Below are positions 22,765 through 34,251 of a stretch of 64,000 nt of DNA, in pieces (the first letter of the stretch is position 1; every line of letters starts with the position of its first letter). Under the pieces are notes generated by a model. That model had not been told where the DNA came from. It saw only the letters and a list, made by a program, of their open reading frames with translations, and searched no databases. The position numbers were made by a program, and so were the translations under genes. Source of the DNA: Amoebophrya sp. A120 (taxonomy: Eukaryota > Protista > Dinoflagellata); assembly GCA_905178155.1 (NCBI GenBank), contig CAJINV010000003.1, positions 5,029,700 through 5,093,699 of the forward strand, in the 5' to 3' direction.

Positions 22765-25700
22765 TCACTCGCAGGTGGAAACATTGGTCTTCGATGGGGC
22801 GCGCGATTCCTTCTGCTTCGACCCGGAACGCGACTCGGTGATCAAATGCGGGATGTTGTGAAACTTGGCGATGCGGGCGACGATTTTCTCGTACGCCACC
22901 GGGTGTTTGTTCTTGATCAGGTCGTCGAACACCTCGTCCGTGAGTTTCTCCACGACGCAGTAGGTTTGCGCACGTATATAGGCCGTCCGCTTCGCGCCCT
23001 TTTGTACCAAGGCGATTTCCCCAAAGTAGTCCCCTTCCTGCTTCTGCGCCACCACGGTCAGCTTCCGAGTTTTCTTCTGCGCCAACGTGGAAAGCGCGCC
23101 GTCGTTACTCCGGGCGGAACTGCTCGTATCATCGCGGGCGTTGTCAACATCCCCGTCGGTATTAGCCGTTTGATCGGTGCCCGTGGATGCGGCCGGATCC
23201 ACCTTTCCCGCACCCTGTGCGGGGGCGTCTGGTTTCTTATTCGTGGACCAGGGCGCCCCCTTGAACGAGTGCTTCAGCAGTGTGGCCGTCGTACTATCGA
23301 CCAGTCGCTGGGGTCCGGACACCGGAACCACACTCGCGAGGTTATGCTTGTTCGGGCTCTTCCCGCTGGTGTCGGTACTAGTTGCCTTCGACGATGACTT
23401 TTGTTCCGTTTCTTTGCCCTTGTCCTCTTGAAGATGTTGCGGATCATCACTCACCCCCTTGGACGGCGTGCTGGCCGCTGGTGCGGCGGCCGCACCTGTG
23501 TTGATCAAAACGTCGCATAATCCCTTCAGAATGAAATACATCTCCCGTCCCTTCTGGCCTTCGCGAATGATAAAATCGCCGGGGGAAAAGACTTCCTCCT
23601 GAAAACTGTCGATAATCTCGCCCACCCCGTGCGGCTTCAGGTCGTAGAACAATGGCGCCTTTTCGATGAGCTGCGCGAAGAGGCAAATTTTCACTTCGAG
23701 CACCAAGGCACGACTGGAGGTGTGGTACAGCAACTTGCAGGCCTGCTCGTCGTGCTGGATTTCTAAGAACTGGTGGTACATCGTATAACCCGCTCAGGTG
23801 TTACAATCTCAAAGGTTACGATAGAATCTGGAATTTGTGTTGCAAGAAGTGCATGATCTACCCTACTCCCACAGGATTGCGCATGACAAGTTCTGGAGTC
23901 CCAATCCGCACTACAATCTGGCGAAATTTGTATTGCAAAAAGTGGAACGCTGTCCGAGTCTGTCATGTTGGTCATGCAAGACAAATCTCAGACTCTATTG
24001 CAACGTTTGAGATTGTAACACCTGAGCAGGTTATACATCGTGATGCGCCGCCGCAGGTTCTCCGGAAGCCGCAACACGCTCATAGCCGCGTTAATTGTCG
24101 TTTGCTGTGTAGTGTGTATATTCAAGTTCTTTCCTTGACTCCGGGTTGCTACGACACGATAGATGTTACTTATACGAAATCGTAAAGGACAGAAAGATAC
24201 TATGTACTTTAAGTTTTTGTGCTGTCCAAGAACATGTTCCCTTTTCAAAACTACTCCTCTTCTTAATACCTGTTCCAAAATTTTGCTTTTCAGAATGTTC
24301 ATCCGCTGTTTGATCAGGACAATTTCAGCGAAGATGACTGCCTGACACAGGGCTCCGACCGGCTTGAGCATCACCTGGGTGAGCACCAAGTGTGTGTCCT
24401 GTCGTGCCGTCATGACCGCGGGTGGCGACGCGGAGAAGAGCAGGACGGCGTCGCGGAGCGCCAGCAGGTAATACTTTAGCACGTGCGTTTCCTCGGTGTC
24501 TAATTCGTACGCAAAACGCCCGTCCTGCTCGTGCAGTGCCAGGAACCAGATCACGGCAAAAATATGCACGGCGAAAATGTTCACGAGCGCGAGCGTGAGA
24601 GCGCTGAGCAGCCCGTTTTTCCAAGGGGACAAAACGCGTCCGTCGGGCGTACACTGCTTGTCGTGGCGGTACCGTTGCACGCTTTCGTACCGGAGAAAGC
24701 GAAACAATCCCAAGAACCGGGTCCAGCTCGCTGCTGGACCGAGTAAGCCTATCCACATGAAGGCACCCAGGACGGAGGCAGCATTCATGCGCAACTCGCG
24801 CTGCCCCCACACCAGGCGGTGGATGTCCGCGAGCTCCACGTATTCCTTCCCCTGCTGGTACAGGATGACGGAGGTGCGAAACGGCAAGATCAAGTGGATG
24901 AAAACGAACAGAAGTTCGAACACAAACAAGTCCACGAAGAGCAACGCCTCCATCATCCGAACCTCCGCAGCTTTGTCCTCACTTACCGGGTGCGGTCCAC
25001 CGTTTAGAAGCCAGCGGAGCAACGGAGGTGACTCTCGCCGGGCTGCGTCGTGGTTGGTCACCTCAAGGCCGCGTGCTGGCGCCGTAACATCAAGTTCAGC
25101 TCTGGAGGAAGAACTGTGCTCGCGGAAATGCTCTTCTGCGGCCAGCGGAGAGGTGAGTACGGTACGTGATGATACCGAGTGGTCGACGGTATGCCTGCTC
25201 CCTTCCGTTCTGGTGGCGAAGGCAGCTGCAGCCGCTTTGCTTTCTTCAATATCTGGTCCATGAAAGTTTGGATCCTCTGGAAGGAGTTGTACACGTTCCG
25301 GCGGGGATCGTGCTCCTACTTCTCGCCGGTCTTGAAGATCCGCCAAGCTCGTCGGTATCCCGTCCTTCTCGTGCCACGATGCTGCCGTTGGTTTTGGCAA
25401 CACATAATCCTCTTGCAGTTGCCTGTTTTGCGCTGCTGCTTCGTAGGAGTCGTACAGTAGCGGGCAGTACATGAGAAAAAACGTCGTAAAAAAGCAGTTC
25501 CAGACGAACAAGACGGTGGAAAAACGGTGCAGCCGCTCCACCAGCAAATCGGATGCCCGGAAGTAAAAGTTGAGGTGCGCTGGCACCTTGCCGACCAGGG
25601 TGTTCGTCGAGTTGTTCTGTCCGAACACCGAGGCGTCGTCCGTATCCCGAATCTCCAACTGGTCAAACGAGAACCGCGAAAACTCGACCACGGAACCGAG

Positions 25701-27108
25701 ATTGATGATACTTTTTCGTCCCTTGGAAAGCGACGCACGTCGCGACTTGCGACGGGCAACCATGCTAGTCGAGCTCCCGGCGTCCGCGGCGCTCCGCATG
25801 GAAATACTCGGCCGGGACGTTGCACGCGCCCACGCTTCGTCGAAACTTTGCCTCGCCCCTTGCGAAGCTCGCGTGGCGCGCTCCGCGGGAAACTGTTTTT
25901 TAAAAAGTCATATATTTTTCGGCATAAATATTTTCTCACAAATTTCTATTTATGGCAGCTGCTGTGCAGGTCTTAATATTCTTCCACGACCCTCCCATGA
26001 CAGCTCGGACCGCACTTCATGCGTGAGGTACTTAGTGACACCAGCGAGAGTTGTAAGTAATACCCTGATGTCTCCTGCGCTCGCACTGCGATAAAGTACA
26101 TTCCGCTCCGGCGCGTTCTCCTCCTCCCGCGGGGGAGATGGCGGCATGCTGCCCTTCGACGAGATCCGCGACTCCGTGCTAGACGACGAGAACGAGGATC
26201 CACCATCATCGACAGGCCGAATGTTGGAGACCGTGATTCCCGCAGCCACGACCTCAGGCTCTGCGTTCCCCCCGCCGGAGCCCGCTGCCTGCTCCCTTGA
26301 CGTGGGCAGCGGTCCGGCAGGTGCTGTCTCGTTCGCAGCCACGGTAGCAGGTGCGATCGGTTTTTTGTTCTTCGCGTTGATAGACGTATTCTTTCGGTGC
26401 TGTGCGCTGCCGTCCGAAGAAATTTCTCCGAAAGAGGACGCACTGCTGCGGGAGGAAGAGCGCGTCTCCACCGTGATTGGTAGACACACCTTTGCGGTGC
26501 CAGCATTCGCCACGATGCCCCCACTCTTCCCGTTTGCGGTTGGCTGAGGGGTCGCCTCATTCTCGGATGGTCGATCGGCGTACGTCGCGTCAACTAACTC
26601 ATCATCGGCCTTTATGCAACACAAACGTGAAGATCATGTGGAGCAGCGATAATTTTCAGTCCCTGCGCTGCATCTCTGAGTGAAGCGCGTTTTTGGCTGC
26701 AGCACTCAAAAACGCACTTCTAAAATAAATTGCTGCGCAATCGTACTACAAAATGAAAAGTCTCTACTAGAAGGTTACGCACACAACTTCACCACGGAAT
26801 GATTTTTCTTGCCTAGACTCAATCTGCAATTTCTCCTCGTCTTCCAGTGTGGTTTCCAATCTGGCCTCCGCGTCCGCCATCTGATCTGGCGTGTGACCGC
26901 TGCTTTTTTCGCCTTCCTGTGCTCCAACGGCGGGTTTAAAAGATACTTGGACGATTGTGTTAAACGAGACACGACTTCCGCGGCGCCCTATTGCAGCGGC
27001 AGGCTTGATCAACGAAAGGAGGGATGGCGACGGCTCTGGAGCTGGATCGGCTGCGATTACCTGATCTTGTTTACAGGTGTTGCGGAGGGCTGTAAAAAAA
27101 CTCCGCAT
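22765..27108 (-). CDS. Cyclic-nucleotide-binding-domain cation channel (CNG/HCN/KCNH superfamily); multi-exon, 5' end uncertain
   Basis: TM helices with an S4-like 'RFLGLFRFLRY' and S5 'AVHIFAVIWF'. C-linker 'AAMSVLRLPENLRRRITMYHQF'. CNBD 'FSPGDFIIREGQKGREMYFILKG..GDYFGEIAL..RTAYIRA'. Exons join by GT-AG introns and one inverted-repeat intron. Confidence 0.85.
23785..24041 (-). mobile_element. Introner/MITE-like non-canonical intron, 257 bp
   Basis: Inverted arms of ~60 bp (gtataacccgctcaggtgttacaatctcaaa.. / ..tttgagattgtaacacctgagcaggttatac). Direct repeat TACATCGT at 23777 and 24034. Excision restores RRITMYHQF. Confidence 0.92.
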
Positions 27109-28111
27109 ACATCTAGGCGCGTGTGTGGCTAATCATTAAAGGGCTTTGTCATAGTAGAGAACAGTGAGGCGGGGTTGAGATATCAACTTAGCACCCTTGC
27201 TCTATACCTGGCTCAGTCGTTCCCGAACCTCACTGCTGCGGCACAGTACTTGACTGACATCAACACTGTTCCTGCGACTAACTCGGTCAATCTGCGCTGC
27301 GCTAAGTCGCCGAGACTCTGTTGGCCCCCCTACCTCGAGAGCGTCCATGTGTTACGAGCATATCATGATCGCTAGCACCACCTATCTATCGACGAGCAGG
27401 TAATTGCAATTGCCCACCGTCGTTGCTGTGGCAATTCGTCGAGAAGAAAAAACCAACATCAGCGAAGAAAAAAAAGGCAAGAAGAGTGTGAGGAAGAGTC
27501 CGAAGAAAAGCCGCTCACTCAGCACAATGGATGTGCTCAGTCGCACTTTACAAACGTGTTCTCTTGTGCGCAGATCTAGTGAATGATTTTCGGATGATGT
27601 GCCTTGACGACAGATCTCGTCTTGTAGTGACCAGCGATATCTCGAAGCTTGTGGAATCAGAGAAATCCGCTAAATTGCGTTCACGTCAGCTGCGGTCGCC
27701 GCCCCGGAAAAACCGGGTCAGCAACGCGCATCGTCGAGTGTGTAACAACAAATCTGTCTCATCATTCTGCTCCAGAATCAGAAAGCTTGATCAGTGCATT
27801 TCACGAGGGAGCCGACAGAAGGTCTAGATTTCATGTGGCGAACAGCTCGAGTTTGTCGATGAGCGCAATGTCACAGCATTCATTGTGCTTGGACAGCCGG
27901 CGTTTTCACTGAGGATCAGAAACATTGCCAAAAAAAAGTAGGTGCTACATCTCGCGTTCGAACATGAGGACCGCTTGCCTCCTGAGAAGTGACGCAATAC
28001 AAAGAATGCGGGTCATCGAAAAAGTGCGATCGCTGAAATAATGGGAAGCGTTCTTTTGAATGGGTGCGATACACTGCCGCCTGTGTACAGCCTCGGCGTT
28101 CCAATGGGCAG

Positions 28112-28855
28112 CTACTTTTTATTCTTTCTTGTCGCCTTCGCCTTTTTTGTTGTTTTGGGGGTCGCGGCACTGCTCTTGCTGCGCGATTTTGTGCTCTTCT
28201 TCGGCGTTTTAGCTTCGGCTGAACGGCTCGCCTGCTTAGTCCGGGGGGTCTTCTTCTTAGGGGCGACCGCCCCCATGAGGTCCAAAATCTGCCTGGCGAG
28301 TTTTTCGTCGCGGTTCATTTTTTCGACTTCGATGTAACAGTCGTCCGGCACTGCCTCGTCCCAGTCATCCGGAAGGTGCCCCATGACCATCCAATTCTTG
28401 CGGGCAATTTTTTGTGGCGTTTCCATTCCTGGCCGGTGGTTGCGCGCCACCGCAGCTTCAGCCTCCTTCAAACTCGAAAGATTAAACTCCACCACGATGG
28501 GCTGATAGCCTCCGTCCCGGACTGTTAAGTCCCACAGTTCGCCAAGCGCGTCGCCGCTCCAGCCATCACCCCCCGGCGTCTTCAGGTTCCAATTGTCGCA
28601 AATAATGACGCGCGCGCGGTCTTTCACTGCTTGTTGCACTTTGCGGCGCACGTCCGGAATCGCCTGGAATTGAACGGCGCCGAAGCTCCACGGCATGCCG
28701 GTTTCCTCAAAGTAAAAGTCATTGCTGACGTGGACGCATTTCACCGTGGACGACAAGGCGGCACAGATGTCTCGGCCCAGTTTCGTCTTCCCGACGCCCG
28801 AAATTCCACGCAGCAAAATGAAAAACTTATCTTTGCCCGGCAGCTCCAACGACAT
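28112..28855 (-). CDS. P-loop nucleotide/polynucleotide kinase-like protein (AAA_33 / N4BP2-kinase-like) with a basic C-terminal tail
   Basis: 'FILLRGISGVGKT' Walker A, 'VSNDFYF', 'VIICDNWNL', and a Lys-rich tail. Start assumed at MSLELP. Confidence 0.7.
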   Translation of the reverse strand: MSLELPGKDKFFILLRGISGVGKTKLGRDICAALSSTVKCVHVSNDFYFEETGMPWSFGAVQFQAIPDVRRKVQQAVKDRARVIICDNWNLKTPGGDGWSGDALGELWDLTVRDGGYQPIVVEFNLSSLKEAEAAVARNHRPGMETPQKIARKNWMVMGHLPDDWDEAVPDDCYIEVEKMNRDEKLARQILDLMGAVAPKKKTPRTKQASRSAEAKTPKKSTKSRSKSSAATPKTTKKAKATRKNKK

Positions 28856-28931
28856 TTTGTTTCGAGAATACGGTGATGGAAATAGTGCTTGTGATAATTG
28901 AAACAAGAAACAAGAGGTGAAAACACGTAAG

Positions 28932-28980
28932 GCAGTTGTACTTGATGGTGTGGAAAGCAGTTGTACTTGATGATGTGGAA
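28932..28980. repeat. Tandem duplication 2 x 25 bp (GCAGTTGTACTTGATG.TGTGGAA)
   Basis: Two copies with one mismatch, upstream of the kinase gene. Confidence 0.7.
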
Positions 28981-29653
28981 TGCGTCGCTTACCAATAGCT
29001 ATAAAGCACACGAACTAGAAAGTAAAAGTATCGTGATATATTTTCTGGAAAAAAAAGGAATCGGCTTCGAAGTTTCTCACGGGTTTTCAGACCGATGGTT
29101 GTGAGGAGCCACGTATTTTTTCACCTCCTGCTGTGTATCGAAATGGAAATTTTTTCTGAGCGATTGCATTTTTGATTTGGAACTAGAACCTCATTTTGGT
29201 TCGCAGGCCTAGTTTTGGAAGAAAAAGGAAAGGATCGCAACTAGTTTTGGCGCGAAACATTTCATTTAGGTTCTCGGATTCACTCCAATTTTCGCTCTTT
29301 TTGAAGCGAAAAAACAAGAACAAAAAAAAACGATACGAAGTTAGGGAGGCCGGGCGAAACATTTGACGATGTGCTGAACTACGATTCGTACGATGTATTA
29401 GCGAAAAAGGTCCAACATGAATGTGAGGACGGACGAGAATGCATGCGTGTGACTTATGAGGGCGAACACTGCAACCTGGCCGATGCATTGATTGTTGAGT
29501 ACGGTCGCTTGTATCTGTTCTGGTTTGCACTTCAACTTACTGCACACTGCAAGTACAAGTTCCTTATTGCGTTTGATTCGAACAGCGTGTGTACCATTTG
29601 CTCTTTGGATAATGAAGCATCCATCCTTGTGAACAACCTGTTGACCCAGCGTC

Positions 29654-30316
29654 TCACAGGTCCTGCTTCACCGTCGGGGACACATCAATCAGCTGCAGCG
29701 CCGTGCCGTCGGTGATTTGAAGCTCCTTCTGCACCAAATCTAAAGTAGCTCTAGGAAAATAGTCTGCGTAATCAGATTTTCCCGGCTCAAAACGGTCTTG
29801 GTACACAAACTCTGGATTTTCGTCCTTGTATACCCACGCCCGGGAGATTCTCGGCGCGGAGGTGTTTTCCGCGTTCGTTTTCTCGGCACTCGATCGAACG
29901 ACCTCATGTATGACCAGAAGCTTTCCCGTGGACGGCAAATTCTCGCTCGCTTGGCGTCCGTAATAGGTTTCCATGTCGAGGAAGAATGCCGTTTGTCGCT
30001 GCGCGCTCCCCGTCGTGCCGTCCGCGGTAACTTCAGAAAAGAAGAAGCGCCGATGCACGGTTAGGCCAAGACCGGGGGACGAGTGGAACAGTTCGGCTTG
30101 GCGAGTCCCGAAGTTGTCGCGTCCTTCGACCAGCAAGTCCGTCGCGTTTGGCTTCATGAGGTACAGCCGGAACGCCGGATCGTAATTTGCGAGAAAATCG
30201 GCTAGCTTCGCTTCTTCGTCCGCCGGCGACGTCCACGCTCGGCCGTATGCCTCCGCCTGGCCTTCAAGGGGCGCCAGGAACGCCGGCAGCTCCGCGGAGG
30301 CTAGCTGCGTGGCCAT
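29654..30316 (-). CDS. SnoaL/NTF2-like fold protein
   Basis: 'EGQAEAYG..LADFLANY..LLVEGRDNF..ELFHSSPGL..IHEV..ISRAW' resembles the pattern of bacterial SnoaL-like small proteins. Intronless. Confidence 0.5.
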   Translation of the reverse strand: MATQLASAELPAFLAPLEGQAEAYGRAWTSPADEEAKLADFLANYDPAFRLYLMKPNATDLLVEGRDNFGTRQAELFHSSPGLGLTVHRRFFFSEVTADGTTGSAQRQTAFFLDMETYYGRQASENLPSTGKLLVIHEVVRSSAEKTNAENTSAPRISRAWVYKDENPEFVYQDRFEPGKSDYADYFPRATLDLVQKELQITDGTALQLIDVSPTVKQDL

Positions 30317-30885
30317 CGTTCGAGATGCGTAGACTCCGGCCCTAGGCGAAGCTGCGAGGTGAGCCTGCTGCCGAAAAAGACAAAACCCGATGCGGCTAAA
30401 GTGAAGGGCGCCGCGAAACTTTCCGGTGGAGATCTGCGCTGAGTGCGCGCGATGACGAAGAAGCGAACTGCCCAGCCCTGTCTGCTTGGTTCGTGTGGTA
30501 AAATCAGCAAGAGAGGGGGCGATGGCTTTCATTCATGAAATATCGCGGGCTCGGGGAGGGATCGCGGGGGCCGACGCAAATTACTCGCGCTCGGGGACCT
30601 GTGTCGTGCATTTTTGCATAAGAATATCTTTTTTCCAATACGGGAATGCTCTTTCTCCATTCAATTCCAAACCGAGAAGCGGCTGTCTTTGGTACCGAAA
30701 AAAACAAGTGCATTTGGTGTAGCAGACCGAGACACCGCAAAACCTTCTGGAATCGACCGCGCGCATGCTTGTGCTTTCTGCAAGCGCGGGCAGCCGGTGG
30801 CTGACACACTGCGTGGCATCCGCGGGCCCCCGGGCGGCCGGGACATGCAGCTTGCAGGCGCTAAACTCAAAAGCCGCCCCGCCGG

Positions 30886-31035
30886 CGGGGGCTGGAGGGC
30901 GGGGGCCGGAGGGCGGGGGGCCGGAGGGCGGGGGGCCGGAGGGCGGGGGGCCGGAGGGCGGGGGGCCGGAGGGCGGGGGGCCGGAGGGCGGGGGGCCGGA
31001 GGGCGGGGGGCCGGAGGGCAGGGGGGCCGGGGGCC
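30886..31035 (+). repeat. 15-bp G-rich tandem array (GGGGGCCGGAGGGCG), 8 full units plus partial flanks; G-quadruplex-prone
   Basis: Near-perfect units at 30901-31020. Confidence 0.95.
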
Positions 31036-31740
31036 GTAATCTTGCCAGCTGGTAGCCCGGCCACGCAGAATCTTGCTAGCTTGTGGCCCGACTGCGCAGA
31101 AACTTGGTAGCTGGTGGCCTAACCGCGGAGAATCTTGGTAGCTCGCCGCCCAACCGCAGAGAATCTTGGTAGCTGGTGGCCCAACCGCAGAAAATTTTGG
31201 TAGCTGGTGGCTCAGCCGCAGAAAATCTTCCCAGCTGGTCGCATGATCGCGCACTGTCCTCCTCCCAGCTGGCAGAAAATCTTGCCAGTTAGTGGCGCGA
31301 CGGCGCAAAGTCTTGCCATCTGATTCCTAAACCGCGCAAAATATTGTCAGTCACTTGCCCACCCGCGCAAAATCTTCCAAGCTGGTGGCCCAGCGGCGCA
31401 AAATCTGGACAGTTGGTGGCGTAACCGCGCAAAATCTTGCCAGCTGGTGATCTGACGGCACATAGTCTTGCTTGTTGGCGACTCAATTGCTGAAAATCCA
31501 ACCAGTTAATGGCTCAGCCCTGCAAAATCTTGTCGGATGGTCGCTCAGCCGCGCAGAATCTCACTAGGTGGCAACCCAACCGCGCAAAATCTTGCCAGTT
31601 GGTGGCCCAAGCGCTCAAAAGCTCGCCACCTGGTGGCCGGGTTGCGCAAAATTTTGTCAGCTGGCGGCCTGACGACGCAAAATCTCGGTAGCTGCTGGCC
31701 TGACGAAACAAAATAAAATCTTGTCACTTGGTGGCCCCGT
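31036..31740. repeat. Degenerate ~31-bp tandem array (AAAATCTTGCCAGCTGGTGGCCCAACCGCGC consensus-like), roughly 20 copies
   Basis: Recurrent aaaatcttg..agctggtggc...ccgc at ~31-bp spacing. Confidence 0.85.
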
Positions 31741-32758
31741 CATTTGCTGACTAGTGGCATAACAGCTCCCCCGAAGCAAGATTGTGCATGCTTGAAATCC
31801 TTTGGGGATCACTCTCACAGATTGGCTGCCTTTTTTAAGGAAAATCTGGCAGGGTGGTTGTCAGTTAGTACAAAATCCCACGGCCAGGCAAAGACGATGC
31901 CTACAATATTGCCAGATGCCTGTCCGTATTGGCCCACAGGCTGTAAATTGCGCCCTATTTTCACAGGTGCCTAATTACAGGAAGGGCAAAAAGAGTGATC
32001 TTTTGGAACCCGGTGCGCCTCGCCTCTGCCCGCACCGTCGGACGCCCGCCGGGGTGGCAGCCTCTTGGTGCGAAGTCCTTGAAGCTGATCACTGTTGTCG
32101 TGCGCATATGCTCCGCGCCGAGCTCCTTAGTGGTATAACTGTGCCCGCGGATCGGTGCCGCACGCATCCGCCGCTTACCAGTCCTCCCGCCCCCTGGAAT
32201 GTGCGGAAGCCGTTCGGAAGTGCATGAACTTGCCGGCTAGTCGCTCCGCGATAAAAGGCCTCACCTTTGAGCAACTTGCGTCGGGCCTAAGAAGCCTCGC
32301 AAAGACCAGGAAAGCGGGCCCGGGCTTTGTGTGCAATCAGTCTTTGTCGTCCCTCAGCGGCACGTCAAGCCGGGGGGGCCCTTTGCTTGTTGTTGCGCCT
32401 TGGAAATGTGTTGCACCTGCGTGACTTTCCTGCCAGATTCCGCCGGATTTCTTCTTCGGACCGGGCCACCCTGCGTGTTGTAGCACGCGGCTGCCGGTTT
32501 GCCGTCGCCCCTCCGGCTTTCGGCGGTGGGGCGCCAGCCTGATTTGTTTGCCGGCCGGCAGCCCGGGGGTCTCCGGGGGCATCCGGCATTGTGGCGCAGT
32601 GGAAGGCGTTAGCGGTCTGTTGTTCAGCGTTCGTTTGCGCACTACCTTCCAAATTTCGTGTCCCGCCTTTTGCCTGCTTCTGCGCAGCGGGGACATTTTC
32701 TCAACTGCGCTTCTGCGTGCGACAGTGATCGTACTTCTTCGCAACCACGTGCAAAAAC

Positions 32759-33724
32759 ATGCGATCCCCTTTGCGCCGGGTGTGTTTTGTGGAACTCGTC
32801 GTGTTATGTTTCGCGGAAAGCGACACGGAGCGCCGCCTGCAGAATCACTTCGCCTGGACGGAACCGGTAGCCCAGTATGAAGAGCACGCGGTCCCGGCGT
32901 TTCATCGCGTCACGCCGGAAAAGCTCGCAGAGCTCCTTGCGAACGGCATGCCGTTCGTACTGCACGGGTTTGCCCCGGATGAGAGCTGCTTTGCTGCCAC
33001 ACCTGGCACACAGTGCGAGAAGCAGCTCGCGAAACTCGGCGTTCCCGCGCTCCCGGCTGACGCGACCGAGACCGCGCTTCCGCGGACTCGGCTGGAGAGG
33101 CGCTCAGCCGAACATTGCTTCGCGACGGCCGCGGTTGCATCCGGCGGCCCGATTGGCGTGCGACTGCAGCATGTTGATGGGGCGACGTGGCATTGGAAAA
33201 CTCACCTGCGCCCCGGCGACCTGCTTGTTTATCCTCCCAGCCTAGCAGGCCGCGAGTGGACTTCCGAGTCCAGTACTGCGGGCAACGAAGCCGAGGACGA
33301 TGCAAGCACTATTCGCCTTCGACGACTGCCTCTCCTGGCCCCGCTGCCGTCGGGACTGCTACGCGAGCTCGGAACCGCTGGAACGAAGGGTGTGGCGTGC
33401 AAGCAGCTTCGCCGCGACCTGGCTGTCCTCGGGGTGCAGTTTCCTCTGCTGCCATCGGGAGAAGAGGCATTCGAGCAGGCATGGAAACTGGTTGCGGAGC
33501 AGCTCGACACCAACGGGAATGGCGAACTCGAACGTGAAGAGGTCGAGACGTACTTTCGCGAGGCCACGCAACGCGCGGGTGCGCAGCCGTACTTCGAGGA
33601 CCTGTTGCTTTTTCACGATCGAGACGGTGACGGAATATTGTCGGTTTCGGAAGTAGTCGGGACGCTGGCTAACTTTTCTGTTGAACAATACCAGGCGCGA
33701 AGGCCGGCAAGCACTGCGACGTAG
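32759..33724 (+). CDS. Cupin/JmjC-like domain + two EF-hands
   Basis: 'GMPFVLHG', 'WKTHLRPGDLLVYPP' (JmjC-like). EF-hands 'DTNGNGELEREE' and 'DRDGDGILSVSE'. Confidence 0.6.
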   Translation: MRSPLRRVCFVELVVLCFAESDTERRLQNHFAWTEPVAQYEEHAVPAFHRVTPEKLAELLANGMPFVLHGFAPDESCFAATPGTQCEKQLAKLGVPALPADATETALPRTRLERRSAEHCFATAAVASGGPIGVRLQHVDGATWHWKTHLRPGDLLVYPPSLAGREWTSESSTAGNEAEDDASTIRLRRLPLLAPLPSGLLRELGTAGTKGVACKQLRRDLAVLGVQFPLLPSGEEAFEQAWKLVAEQLDTNGNGELEREEVETYFREATQRAGAQPYFEDLLLFHDRDGDGILSVSEVVGTLANFSVEQYQARRPASTAT

Positions 33725-34251
33725 CGGAAATGGAAGCCGAAGATCCGGAAGTAATATATATATACAGGCATTGACCTAGAGCTGTGAAGGCAACTTTGCT
33801 GAGGTCGTAGTTGAGCTGCCTTTTATAATCGTGACTGAGATTCTTTACCTTGCGAAACCGAAAGCGCAACTGTCAAGTCGTTTGCCGGTGCGACACGAAA
33901 ATAGCGCACGTGTTCTGCGAATGCATCCCCACGACGGCACCTTTGAGTCTGTGAATTTTGCGTTGAAGAGATGGCAAGAAAATGCAAGGGATTGGACGTT
34001 GAGAAGCATCAAAACGGAATGCCTTATGAGAGAGCAGCTCTGTCCTCGACTTCGCAACCAAAAAGCTGCATTCACTCACTTACCAACTGCCACAAGATAT
34101 TGATCCAAAAATAGATCGCATTTCGGACTGCAAATGATGTTGACCGGCGCGGTCCCAGCCGAAAGATGTTGATACCCCGCCAGCTAGAGTAGCCCGGTTG
34201 GGCGGCCTCGGCGCGCGTTACAGCGGATTGCTTGCCGAAACCTGTACAAGA

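Noticed and set aside
30614-31308. RGG-rich or Pro-rich protein ORFs
   Set aside because: These are translations of the 15-bp repeat in several frames.
31036-31740. CRISPR-like array
   Set aside because: Units are contiguous degenerate tandem copies without unique spacers. The context is eukaryotic and there are no cas genes.
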